Virus record (IMG/VR): IMGVR_UViG_3300033074_002003
Source: a virus
Direction: 5' to 3' (one strand)
Length of the DNA: 53,056 nucleotides
Positions 1 to 9,168 of this stretch are shown here, piece by piece. Position 1 is the first letter of the stretch. The number at the start of each line of letters is the position of its first letter. The position numbers were made by a program, and so were the translations under genes. Under the pieces are notes generated by a model that was given only the letters and a program-made list of their open reading frames with translations, had not been told where the DNA came from and did not search any database.

Positions 1-38
1 GCAAGAAGCACAAGACAGTCGAGGGTGCTCCCGCACAG

Positions 39-314
39 GTGAAGCCCTCGAAGGCAGAGGTGGCAGAGGCGTTCGCCACACTTGTCCTCACGGAGGCCCG
101 CCTCGAACAGGGCGCTCGAGCCGTGATTCGTGGCGGTGGAGAGCTGACATTCGACATGAAGCTGATGGGCCCATTCATCGCGTGGGTGACAGGTGATGTT
201 CAGAAAGAGTGCGAAGCAGAACTGGAAGCGTCTTCTCTCACGTGGAAAGCAGTATCGCGTGAGGTCGTAGACGCGGCGAAGAAGTGGTACGTTTCGAAGA
301 TCGAAGGAAAGTGA
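39..314 (+). CDS. hypothetical protein (reading frame open to window edge; may be 5'-truncated)
   Basis: ORF with no in-frame stop upstream to position 3; no recognisable motif. Confidence 0.4.
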   Translation: MKPSKAEVAEAFATLVLTEARLEQGARAVIRGGGELTFDMKLMGPFIAWVTGDVQKECEAELEASSLTWKAVSREVVDAAKKWYVSKIEGK

Positions 315-320
315 GGAACA

Positions 321-878
321 ATGGCTACGAGAAAGAAGAAGCCCACTGGTACGAAGACCGCCGCCCTGGCGCCGAGCAACTCACAGTTTCCCGTGAGTGA
401 CGATCGTTCGCCCGGGAACCGGCCCGTCGCGGCGCCCGCCGAACTCGCAGACACCAATCGCGAGATCAAGCCTGGACACACGTACTTCACCTACATCCGC
501 GACGAGCGCAAGCAGCCTATCGCGACGCTCGCGATCATTGCCGACGAAGAGCACATCGGATGGTGTTCTGTCGGAGTCGCTGTCTGTGCACCGGGTGACA
601 AGTTCGATCGCAAGGTGGGTCGCAATATCGCCGAAGGCAGAGCGAAGAAACTCCTCACCGACGACAGTCGCCTCTCGCGCGAGTTCTCGTTCTACGAAAA
701 CGAGAATGACCTGAACAGTCACCTGTACAAGTCGGGAATTCCCGCTATCCTCAGCTCACTTGCTCTCGGTGGCCTGTCGAAGGCCAACAAGCAGTACAGG
801 GCTCGCGAGGGTTTCAGGCCCTTCCCGCGCAGGGTCGCCACAGCCGCTCTGCGCCAGGCAGTCGAACAGTCGTTCTAG
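321..878 (+). CDS. hypothetical protein
   Basis: 185-aa ORF, GGAACAATG leader; basic N-terminus; 'GWCSVGVAVCAPGDKFDRKVGRNIAEGRA' motif; no confident family. Confidence 0.5.
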   Translation: MATRKKKPTGTKTAALAPSNSQFPVSDDRSPGNRPVAAPAELADTNREIKPGHTYFTYIRDERKQPIATLAIIADEEHIGWCSVGVAVCAPGDKFDRKVGRNIAEGRAKKLLTDDSRLSREFSFYENENDLNSHLYKSGIPAILSSLALGGLSKANKQYRAREGFRPFPRRVATAALRQAVEQSF

Positions 879-887
879 GAGAAGATA

Positions 888-1817
888 ATGCAACAAGTCA
901 TCATGACGGTTGGAATTCCCGCTAGTGGGAAATCGACCTGGGCGAAGAAGTGGGTTCTCGAGTCGTCGGGCGATCGGAAGAGGATCAACCGCGACGACCT
1001 CCGTCTCATGGTGGATGCCGGTGTCTGGTCGCCTGACAACGAGAAGTTCATCCTGAAGCTTCGCGACCAGTTCGTCCTCGCCTCACTCCGCGCCGGGAAG
1101 AGCGTCGTGATCGACGACACGAACCTCAGGAGCGACAACTTCACGAAGCTCTGCACGCTGATCCGTGGCGCGGGTCTCACGGCACTCGTACTCGAGAAGA
1201 TGTTTCCTGTCGACGTCGAAGAGGCTGTCGCTCGAGACGCGAAGCGCACTCCGAACGTCGGTGAGGCCGTCGTTCGCGATATGTGGAAGAAGTTCATCGG
1301 GAAGCACGGGAAGCTCCGCGACCCGCGCACGGAGGCGATCGTCGCCGCGTTCCCGAGCAACGAGACGATCGATCGGATCGAGGGAATCAAGGATGCGATC
1401 ATCTGTGACCTCGACGGTACCCTCGCGCTCATGGGAGATCGATCGCCGTACGACGCGAGCAGGTGTGACGAGGTGGACCTTCCGAACCATCCAGTGATCG
1501 AGTGTGTGAAGGCAATGCACGAGGCGGGTCACGGCGTGATCTTCATGTCGGGGCGTGAGGACAAGGATCGTGCCGCGACAGAGAGGTTCATCTCGAAGTG
1601 GGTGAAGGGTCGGAACGGCGATGTCATTCCACACGCGCTCTTCATGAGGCCCACAGGTGACCAGCGCAAGGACAACATCGTGAAGCGCGAGCTCTTCGAC
1701 ACTTGGGTGCGTGGGAAGTACAATGTGAGGTTCTGCCTCGATGATCGCGATCAGGTCGTCGAAGGGTGGCGGGCGATGGGACTGACGTGTTTTCAGGTTC
1801 AGCCCGGCGCGTTCTGA
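888..1817 (+). CDS. pnk: polynucleotide 5'-kinase/3'-phosphatase (T4 Pnk-like)
   Basis: N-terminal P-loop 'GIPASGKST'; C-terminal HAD phosphatase motif 'ICDLDGTLA'; size 309 aa matches bifunctional Pnk. Confidence 0.8.
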   Translation: MQQVIMTVGIPASGKSTWAKKWVLESSGDRKRINRDDLRLMVDAGVWSPDNEKFILKLRDQFVLASLRAGKSVVIDDTNLRSDNFTKLCTLIRGAGLTALVLEKMFPVDVEEAVARDAKRTPNVGEAVVRDMWKKFIGKHGKLRDPRTEAIVAAFPSNETIDRIEGIKDAIICDLDGTLALMGDRSPYDASRCDEVDLPNHPVIECVKAMHEAGHGVIFMSGREDKDRAATERFISKWVKGRNGDVIPHALFMRPTGDQRKDNIVKRELFDTWVRGKYNVRFCLDDRDQVVEGWRAMGLTCFQVQPGAF

Positions 1818-1833
1818 GAAGTAAAAATAAGTC

Positions 1834-2109
1834 GTGCCCTACACAAATGTCGATCAGTGGGACATCGTACCCGGAGACGTCGTCTCGTCGGTGAACAATG
1901 AGACGATCGCTGACTACGAAGCACCGTGTGGTCGAATTGACGACTGGCGTCTTCACCGCGGCACAGGTGTATGCAAGAGGATCGCCGAGATACAAACCAA
2001 ACGCACGGTAGAACGGTTCTTTCAGATTAAGTGGCTTGAGGGTACCACCGTGTGGCACAGATTCGGAGATCTTAGGAGAGTAACCTCCCGCGCCGGAACG
2101 AAGGAGTAA
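1834..2109 (+). CDS. hypothetical protein
   Basis: 91-aa ORF in gene-dense + strand run. Confidence 0.35.
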   Translation: MPYTNVDQWDIVPGDVVSSVNNETIADYEAPCGRIDDWRLHRGTGVCKRIAEIQTKRTVERFFQIKWLEGTTVWHRFGDLRRVTSRAGTKE

Positions 2110-2112
2110 ATT

Positions 2113-2334
2113 ATGATCGTTACGACGTCGACATCAATTAAGATTGAAACAGGAAGTGCGCTTCAGATGCACTTCTTGCGTTCTTCGGAGCACCCGGGTT
2201 GTGTTCAAGTGACAATTGACGGTAACGTTTTTCAGCTCCCGGGAAATAAAGAAGAGGCTGAAATGTTTATTGCTGCTTATCGCAGATGCATCAACCATGA
2301 GATCGGTTACAGGAAACGAGAGGTCGAGCGTTAA
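2113..2334 (+). CDS. hypothetical protein
   Basis: 73-aa ORF immediately after previous stop. Confidence 0.35.
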   Translation: MIVTTSTSIKIETGSALQMHFLRSSEHPGCVQVTIDGNVFQLPGNKEEAEMFIAAYRRCINHEIGYRKREVER

Positions 2335-2354
2335 ATTCTTGCTTGTGACGTGAG

Positions 2355-4166
2355 ATGTACTTATTTGTCGAAATGAAACCGAAAAACAGCACTTCGCCGC
2401 GTGAGGTGCATCTCACAGCGCCGTCAAATACGCTCCGAGCCAACGCGTGGGGACAGGCCTTTCACCTGACAGAACCCGCGCCACCGTATGACGGTACGCC
2501 CGAGTCGATCCTTGCGATCGTATCGTGGTTGGGTGTAGAGAAAAGCGGGCGCTGGCGGCCCAAACCCGGGACGACGTATTGCAACGTCTATGCGTACGAT
2601 CTCTGCAACGCGATCGGAGCATATGCCCCTCGCGTGTGGTGGGGCAACAAATCAGACGCTGAACCCGTTCTGGGCAAAAATGTCTTTGAACTCAGCGCAA
2701 ATGCCCTCTACTCGTGGTTTGTGCAGCACAGCGAAGAGTTTGGTTGGAAGAAAGTTAAGACCCTAGACGAGCTGCAGGATGCGGCCAACGCTGGCAACGC
2801 CGCGGTCATTGTCGGGAAGAACAAGAACGCACAGGCAAGCGGACACATCTGTTGTGTCGTTCCCGAGTCTGGAAAGCTGATGGCAAAGCGCGTGGATGGG
2901 CAAGTCGTCCTACCCGTGCAGAGCCAAGCCGGTGCCTACAACTACGAACTGTCACTCATCAGTGAGTGGTGGAAGAGCCCGAGTTTTGCGGAGTTTGGGT
3001 TCTGGGTTCACTCGAAACAGGTTGCTGTACAACCCGCAGAAGAGCCACAGCCCGTAACGATCGTAGTGGATGCGACGCAACCTGTTCCCTATTTACCCCA
3101 CATGGGAACGAAGAACGCTCCTTCGGGATTCGGCGTCTGGATCGCATTTCAGGGAATGATCGGTTCGATCGACGAATCGATCAGGCGCATGAAAGCGATC
3201 GGTGCAACGTGGGTCGCGCCTCGCGCGGGCGTGGGCTCGAAGCGTGACGGAAACTGGACGCCCGAAAAAGCTCGTGCGGCGATTGCAAAGTACCACGCAG
3301 CGGGCATCAAAGTTTTTCCGTGGGTCTACTCGCGGCCCGACAGTTACCTTGAGGAGATTCCTGTCTTCAAAGCCCTCATGGATGAGGGCGCCGACGGAGT
3401 GTTCATCGACGCCGAAATTGAGTGGGAGGGTCCTGGTGGCGTGCACCGCGCCGCGGCGGCCGATTTCATGGAGAGACTCAGAGTTGAGCTCGGTGAAGGG
3501 TGTTTCATCGCTCACGCGCCCTTCCCGTACGTTCTCTGGCACCAGGATTTTCCGTACGTCGAGTTCGGAAGCAGGTGTGATGCCGTCTGTGACCAGCTCT
3601 ACTGGACAGAGATCAACGGCGCGAGCGCAGCTTCTCACGTCGAGAACACTGGGAAGCAGTGGGCTGAGTATCTCAAGAAGAATCCGACAGCGTGTAAGCT
3701 GCGTTCGCCGATCGGTATCACCTACGGCTCGGAGCTGAAGGGCGTCGCGAAGCCGCCCCCGGGCAAGATGCGCCCCGAGGACCTCAGATTCTTCATCGAG
3801 TGGTGCAAGAAGCAGTGCCTGCCATTCTACTCGATCTACTCGCTTGAGGCTTCGACGCCCGAGTCGATCGCAGTGCTCCAGGAACTCGCTGGGACGGATA
3901 CGTCAGTGTGCTTCGATGCGCCGCCAGAGGGATCGACATTTCCGCAGAGCAACTGGTCGACGTACCGCAACATCTTCAATGCGTGGCAGACACGCGATGA
4001 CGCTCACGACTTGATCGGTTCGCTCGCGGGTCCAGACGTACCAGAGCAGAAGAAAGAGGACGCGCTTCTCGCGCCAACAGATGTGCAGGGCCTTCCGTGG
4101 TACATTTCGTTCATTCGTTTTATACTTGGATTGCTAGCCGCACTCTTTAGCAAGAAATCAGGGTGA
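2355..4166 (+). CDS. putative multi-domain peptidoglycan hydrolase (Cys/His peptidase-like N-domain + glycoside-hydrolase-like TIM-barrel domain, C-terminal TM helix)
   Basis: 'GTTYCNVYAYDLCNAIG' ... 'SGHICCVVPE' Cys-His arrangement like CHAP/NlpC-P60; middle 'GFGVWIAFQGMIGS...IKVFPWVY...GADGVFIDAEIEW' resembles GH25/Rv2525c-like barrels; C-terminal 'WYISFIRFILGLLAALF' hydrophobic helix. Confidence 0.5.
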   Translation: MYLFVEMKPKNSTSPREVHLTAPSNTLRANAWGQAFHLTEPAPPYDGTPESILAIVSWLGVEKSGRWRPKPGTTYCNVYAYDLCNAIGAYAPRVWWGNKSDAEPVLGKNVFELSANALYSWFVQHSEEFGWKKVKTLDELQDAANAGNAAVIVGKNKNAQASGHICCVVPESGKLMAKRVDGQVVLPVQSQAGAYNYELSLISEWWKSPSFAEFGFWVHSKQVAVQPAEEPQPVTIVVDATQPVPYLPHMGTKNAPSGFGVWIAFQGMIGSIDESIRRMKAIGATWVAPRAGVGSKRDGNWTPEKARAAIAKYHAAGIKVFPWVYSRPDSYLEEIPVFKALMDEGADGVFIDAEIEWEGPGGVHRAAAADFMERLRVELGEGCFIAHAPFPYVLWHQDFPYVEFGSRCDAVCDQLYWTEINGASAASHVENTGKQWAEYLKKNPTACKLRSPIGITYGSELKGVAKPPPGKMRPEDLRFFIEWCKKQCLPFYSIYSLEASTPESIAVLQELAGTDTSVCFDAPPEGSTFPQSNWSTYRNIFNAWQTRDDAHDLIGSLAGPDVPEQKKEDALLAPTDVQGLPWYISFIRFILGLLAALFSKKSG

Positions 4167-4187
4167 CGAGCGCAGCGGGACACCAAG

Positions 4188-4898
4188 ATGTACGTCTCCT
4201 GTACCGTAGACCCAAACTTGCACATAGACGTCGAGACGTGTCAGGTCAAACAACCTATCGTTGTTCGTGTCAATGAGTTTGATGAGAAATCGGCGCAGAT
4301 CTTTGCGAGACAGGTTTCTATCGCAGAGGACATGGGACAGCCAATAATCCCTGTCGTGATAGACTCATACGGTGGAGATGTCTACAGTCTCCTCGCGATG
4401 GTGGACGTCATCAAATCTTGCAAGGCGATCGTGGCTACGATCGTCGAGGGAAAGGCGATGAGCTGCGCTGCCGTACTGTTCTCTTGTGGCACAGAGGGCT
4501 ATCGATTCGTCTCCGAGCACGCGACAGTGATGATCCATGACACATGGCAGGAAGACGATCGCCCGCGGAAAGCAGAGGATCTGAAGGTAGACGCCGCAGA
4601 ACTCGGGCGTATCAACAAGCTCTTCTACGAGATCCTCGCGGGCTCCACGGGTCACGATCCACAGTATTTCATCGATATGCTCTCGAAACACAATCGAGCG
4701 GACGTGTACTTCAGTGCGCAGGAAGCTGTGAAGCACAATATTGCGAATCACATCGGGATTCCTGACCTGACGCTCGAAGTGGCTGTGTCGTACAAGATTT
4801 CACTGACTGACGCACCCGAACAAGCTCCGCTCGCCGCATTGGTCTCAGACTTGCCGAAAAAATCCGTGCGAAAGAAAAAAGAGGCGGCACCGCGATGA
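4188..4898 (+). CDS. ClpP-like serine peptidase (S14 family)
   Basis: 'IIPVVIDSYGGDVYSLLAMVDVIKSCKAIVATIVEGKAMSCAAVLFSCG...ATVMIHD' matches ClpP core (INSPGG-like, GxAxSxA Ser, MIH His). Confidence 0.7.
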   Translation: MYVSCTVDPNLHIDVETCQVKQPIVVRVNEFDEKSAQIFARQVSIAEDMGQPIIPVVIDSYGGDVYSLLAMVDVIKSCKAIVATIVEGKAMSCAAVLFSCGTEGYRFVSEHATVMIHDTWQEDDRPRKAEDLKVDAAELGRINKLFYEILAGSTGHDPQYFIDMLSKHNRADVYFSAQEAVKHNIANHIGIPDLTLEVAVSYKISLTDAPEQAPLAALVSDLPKKSVRKKKEAAPR

Positions 4899-5116
4899 AC
4901 GCTGAGAATCGCAAGAGGATCGTAGAGGCGGCACGACGTATGGGCGACGAGCTGAACGGTCGCCTCCCGGAACACCGAAATCACCCTGACGGTAGAAATT
5001 CGTATGCCCACGTCTGGAGCGTCCTGAAGTCGCGATTCGGTGACTACAAAGAGCGGCCTGACGATGAGTTTGACGATATCATGCGCGCTATCGAGTCGTG
5101 TAAGTCAGATTTGTAA
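4895..5116 (+). CDS. hypothetical protein
   Basis: 73-aa ORF, ATGA-type junction with upstream gene. Confidence 0.35.
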   Translation: MNAENRKRIVEAARRMGDELNGRLPEHRNHPDGRNSYAHVWSVLKSRFGDYKERPDDEFDDIMRAIESCKSDL

Positions 5117-5179
5117 ATTTCCCACTTGAGCGGTATGATGTGCCTACTATGGGCGACCGTACCAGGGGGAAGAACTGAC

Positions 5180-6394
5180 ATGGGCGGGAATGCAAGGGCG
5201 ATCGATCGCGCCACAGGCAAAGAGATGCTCTTTGAGGGCAAACTCGCACACGCCGAGCGCATACACACCACTGCATTTGACGGGAAGTTCGCTTGGTACG
5301 TTCTCAAGACGCTTCTGCTGCTCGATCACGAGTGTGATAGCATCTGGGCTCAGAGCTCATTTGCACACCACGAGCTCTTCGGAAAGTGCCGGGCGTTCTC
5401 GGGTTCGTCAAGGTTGCTAATGGCATCTGAGACGAGCGGAAACAGAACACCTGAGCACTTGAGAGTGTTAGGTGATATCGATGTGATGATCCCACACGAG
5501 AAATTGGGTGAGCTGTTTGACGTTCTCGCGAGACTAGAGGGAAAGTCGCTGTGGCACAATCGTGTAACGTACGTCGGGCAGAACAAACACCAGCAGTCGG
5601 GACATCAGATCAACGCGATCTTCGCGTTTGCGCATCCGGAGTCGAGTTGGGAGCAGTTTGTTCAAATCGATTTTGAGGGTGTCGAATTCGATGCCAACGG
5701 GGTGCCAACTGAGTTCAGCGAGTTCGCACACTCCACATCACCCGCCGATGCTGACGCTGGCATCAAGGGCGTCGCGCACAAATATCTCCTGACAAATTTG
5801 ATCCGCGCCGCGTCAGAGCTGCAAGATGCGCTCGTATTGACGGAGAAATCTCCACCCCCGCCAGACTGTCGCATCTCGATGTCAAAGAAAATTCCCAGAG
5901 AATACGCGTTCTCTGTCGATCGCGGCCTCAGAAAGAAGCTCGAACCGGTCATGTACAACGGCGCGCAGTTTCGTGTCGGTGATAAGAGGGTATTTCGCGA
6001 GCTGGCGACAGACGAAAGCATCTACGATACTAACATCGCGAATATTGCGAAAGCTGCGCTGGGGAAGGGCGTTCACCAGAGCTACACTCATCCCTTTGAT
6101 GCGGGCGCGTGGACAATGTGGTCATTCGTGGGACTGTTGTTCCTCTGTCGTCACTACAGAAGCAACGCGATTATGTCGCGCGCGTTCGAACTGATGCTCG
6201 TAGAGAACCTCTACGGACCCGGTGCGCAGAAGCTCTCTCGTACGAGCTGTTGTGTAGATCAGGACGTGAAGAACAAGATCATCGAGAGGATGTACGTCGC
6301 GTTCCCGCACCTGAAAGAAGAGTTCGGTGAGCGTGTCGATGAGATGTCGCGCAAGTTTCAGGAGAACTACTTCGATGCTCGATCTCTCGATTAA
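5180..6394 (+). CDS. hypothetical protein, possible Pol-beta-type nucleotidyltransferase fold
   Basis: GGGGGAAG SD 8 nt before ATG at 5180; 'FSGSS...RVLGDIDVMIP' loosely resembles G[SG]...DxD NTase motif; located between Pnk and RNA ligase. Confidence 0.4.
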   Translation: MGGNARAIDRATGKEMLFEGKLAHAERIHTTAFDGKFAWYVLKTLLLLDHECDSIWAQSSFAHHELFGKCRAFSGSSRLLMASETSGNRTPEHLRVLGDIDVMIPHEKLGELFDVLARLEGKSLWHNRVTYVGQNKHQQSGHQINAIFAFAHPESSWEQFVQIDFEGVEFDANGVPTEFSEFAHSTSPADADAGIKGVAHKYLLTNLIRAASELQDALVLTEKSPPPPDCRISMSKKIPREYAFSVDRGLRKKLEPVMYNGAQFRVGDKRVFRELATDESIYDTNIANIAKAALGKGVHQSYTHPFDAGAWTMWSFVGLLFLCRHYRSNAIMSRAFELMLVENLYGPGAQKLSRTSCCVDQDVKNKIIERMYVAFPHLKEEFGERVDEMSRKFQENYFDARSLD

Positions 6395-7751
6395 GAAGGC
6401 AAACCTATCACAACAGCTGCCCCGCAGTTGTGAAGTCACAGAGAAGTACGACGGCACGAAACTGTCACTGCTGCGTGCTGGAGACGAAACTCTCCTGTCT
6501 TACAAGGGAATCATTATCGATCCGGTCGTTTTCCCGCGCGAGAAATCGGCGCTCGATGAGATTCGCGAGTTCTCGTGTGGGTACTCTCAGTACGCTCTTG
6601 TAGCTTCTGATGCACAAGGAAGCTTCGGTGGGTGTTTCGACGGCGCGGAGATGCTCTTCGAGTTCATCCAGCGCAAGCCGACAGTACTCCGCGAGTACGA
6701 CAGATATCACGATTTGATCGCAATCGCCTCAGCAGCATCAGATTATTTGCTTTCAGGCCAACGAGTTTACACTCTCCCGAGAACAGTGTGGTATCCGTGC
6801 TACCCAGAGAAGAACGGATGGCTTCCCGTCTTCCAGACACCAGCGAAAATTCTAGTTCCTGGGCAGGTGAGAACATACATTGACCTCAAAGAATATATTG
6901 AGGGCACCCAGTCGTCACTTGGAGGTGTTGCAGAGGGATGTGTTGTTCATAACGGGGCTACGGGTGAACTCACAAAGATCGTTCGAGACGACCAGTGCGA
7001 TCGTACGGTAAGAGCGAAGAAAAAAGCCATGACTGTTGGGTTTGATCGCGATCAGAAGTATTGGAACGCTGTGATCGGTTCGGCCTCACGTGTGGTCTCG
7101 AATTTCGAACACCCGTTTTTTTTCGACGGAGCACGACTGGAAGCGGCCCACGCTGCAGAGTTTCACGACTTCGTCAACGTGTCGCCACACAATCGGATGC
7201 GCGTCGCCGACGACATCTTCTTGTCAGCGACAATTGCGAGCTCGACAGTGAGGACATTCCCAGGCAACAAGATAGGATTTTACCCTGGCGCTTTCAAACC
7301 CCTGCATCGCGGGCACTGGAACGTCATCAAGCGTGCTTCTGAAGAGTGCGACACCGTGTTGGTCGTCGCTTCTGAGTCGGATCGCTGTGAAATTTCGCAC
7401 TCGCAGATGTTCTTGGCATGGAAGAAAATCTTCTTCGAGAAGTTGCCGCGCAATGTCGTGTTTCGCTTCTCGAAGAATCCGATACAAGAGTGCAAGAACG
7501 AGATCGAGAACATCCAAAAATACACGGGAGCTCGTACGACGATTTACACGGGCGAAGACGATGCAGACAAGCGACGGTCTGCATTTTTGGGTCAGCACGT
7601 CTCGATTGTCCCGCGCAACGGTGTCTCAAGCACAGAATTTCGTGCGGCGCTTCGACAGAGGATCCAACGAAGTGCACCCGACGAATTCATGCCAGAGTGT
7701 CTAAGCAGTCTAGAGTCGCGGCTGTACGTAGAACTTTTCCGTGACCGTTGA
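6375..7751 (+). CDS. RNA ligase (ATP-dependent, KxDG family) fused to C-terminal HIGH-motif nucleotidyltransferase (NadD/NMNAT-like) domain
   Basis: AGGAGA SD before ATG 6375; ligase motif I 'EKYDGTK', motif IV 'AEGCVVH', motif V 'LTKIVRD'; C-terminal 'GFYPGAFKPLHRGHWNV' (HxGH) and terminal 'VSSTEFR' (NadD ISSTxIR-like). Confidence 0.65.
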   Translation: MLDLSIKKANLSQQLPRSCEVTEKYDGTKLSLLRAGDETLLSYKGIIIDPVVFPREKSALDEIREFSCGYSQYALVASDAQGSFGGCFDGAEMLFEFIQRKPTVLREYDRYHDLIAIASAASDYLLSGQRVYTLPRTVWYPCYPEKNGWLPVFQTPAKILVPGQVRTYIDLKEYIEGTQSSLGGVAEGCVVHNGATGELTKIVRDDQCDRTVRAKKKAMTVGFDRDQKYWNAVIGSASRVVSNFEHPFFFDGARLEAAHAAEFHDFVNVSPHNRMRVADDIFLSATIASSTVRTFPGNKIGFYPGAFKPLHRGHWNVIKRASEECDTVLVVASESDRCEISHSQMFLAWKKIFFEKLPRNVVFRFSKNPIQECKNEIENIQKYTGARTTIYTGEDDADKRRSAFLGQHVSIVPRNGVSSTEFRAALRQRIQRSAPDEFMPECLSSLESRLYVELFRDR

Positions 7752-7792
7752 AGTTTGCCATTTCACGCTTACTTATCGTAGGTGGAAATCAA

Positions 7793-8266
7793 ATGAAAAT
7801 CAAGCTCAGCGAAGTTCGCAAGATTGTCAGAGAGGAACTCGCGGCGAAGTCGCAGAGGTCGGGCGCCAAGAATCTCAATGAGAACATCGGGTTTGCCACT
7901 GCACGCCCAAAGGGCGTTCTTCCGCAGACGTACGAGGACTTCCGCAAGTGTTTCGAGGCATCGTTCGTGAAGCTCTCACTGCACGGCATCGCCGGGAAGG
8001 TGATGAACCTCAACGAGAGCAATAGCGTCATTGACGTCCTGAGTGAGATGTGGACGATTGTCGAGCGTGAGAACAACTCTGGACTCACTGGTGCTCCGAA
8101 GCCACACTTTGCCGAAGGAAGGCAGTTCTGGGACTATTTCGGACCCTCGTTCGAGGCACCCCTCGCGAGGCTCATCGAATCGCAGCTCCCGGGAACGTCT
8201 CTTGCGAAGTCAAATACCAAAGAGCTTGCAAAGAACGTTATCGACATTTTGAAGGCTGGGTCATGA
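7793..8266 (+). CDS. hypothetical protein with conserved N-terminal leader 'MKIKLSEVRKIVREEL' (paralog family member A)
   Basis: AGGTGG SD 6 nt before ATG 7793; N-terminal 16 aa shared with 16580(-) and 47867(+) genes. Confidence 0.55.
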   Translation: MKIKLSEVRKIVREELAAKSQRSGAKNLNENIGFATARPKGVLPQTYEDFRKCFEASFVKLSLHGIAGKVMNLNESNSVIDVLSEMWTIVERENNSGLTGAPKPHFAEGRQFWDYFGPSFEAPLARLIESQLPGTSLAKSNTKELAKNVIDILKAGS

Positions 8267-8484
8267 CAGCAAAGAAGAAAGACGATAAAAAGGACGCAGA
8301 CGACAGCTGCCCTAGTGTCATGTCTGATGACACTGATATTTTGCTTGACGATGAGCTGGAACGCGAGAGCAAAGAGGGCAAAGAGAGCAAGCTTGTCGAT
8401 CCGAAGCTGCGCATGCAGATCAGACAGTACCTCCTAGCGATGGGACTGGCCGGAGTCAAGCGCTCTCACGTCCGCGTGAAGTAA
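8263..8484 (+). CDS. hypothetical acidic protein
   Basis: 73-aa ORF, ATGA overlap with previous gene. Confidence 0.35.
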   Translation: MTAKKKDDKKDADDSCPSVMSDDTDILLDDELERESKEGKESKLVDPKLRMQIRQYLLAMGLAGVKRSHVRVK

Positions 8485-8523
8485 ATCTGAACTTGTGACC
8501 CGGAGTGATGTATAGTCACTTTT

Positions 8524-9153
8524 ATGGGTTTCAAAGCACAGGTACTGATCGCGGATCCCCCGTGGGAATTTGACGACGAACTGAAGGCGATGCGCGACGG
8601 TACGGATCGAAGCGCAGTGTCGCAGTATCCCGTCCTGAACCTCGATGAGATTGCGAAGCTCGATGTTCGACAGTGCGTCGATACGTCTGGGTGTGTCTTG
8701 GCGCTCTGGTGTCCCAGCGTGCTGATCCCAGAGGGACTGCGTGTGATGTCGTCTTGGGGATTCAACTTCAAGGGCACGTATGTCTGGGTGAAGTCAAAGA
8801 AGACTGAGAGCGCGCTCGAGAAGATCGGGATCACGAAAGATCTCAATGACATTCTCGGGTTTGGAATGGGAAGGCTATTTCGACAGACACACGAGGTGGC
8901 TCTCATCGGAACGATGGGCAAAGTCTACGCGGGCCTCGCGAACAAGTCACAGCGGTCAGTGTGTGTCGCCGAAAACAAAGGACACTCGATCAAACCAGAT
9001 TCGCTTCACGAGAGCCTCGAGCTCATGTTTCCGGCAGCTCAGAAGCTAGAGCTGTTCGCGCGTCGCCCGAAAGACGGTTGGACGTGTATTGGCAATGAAG
9101 TGTGCGAGGGCGAAGACATTCGTGACTCGCTGAAGAGACTCGCTTCTGAATGA
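8524..9153 (+). CDS. MT-A70 family N6-adenine methyltransferase
   Basis: 'LIADPPWEFDD' DPPW catalytic motif near N-terminus, ~200 aa typical of phage MT-A70-like MTases. Confidence 0.7.
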   Translation: MGFKAQVLIADPPWEFDDELKAMRDGTDRSAVSQYPVLNLDEIAKLDVRQCVDTSGCVLALWCPSVLIPEGLRVMSSWGFNFKGTYVWVKSKKTESALEKIGITKDLNDILGFGMGRLFRQTHEVALIGTMGKVYAGLANKSQRSVCVAENKGHSIKPDSLHESLELMFPAAQKLELFARRPKDGWTCIGNEVCEGEDIRDSLKRLASE

Positions 9154-9168
9154 AAGACTCGCGCGCAG

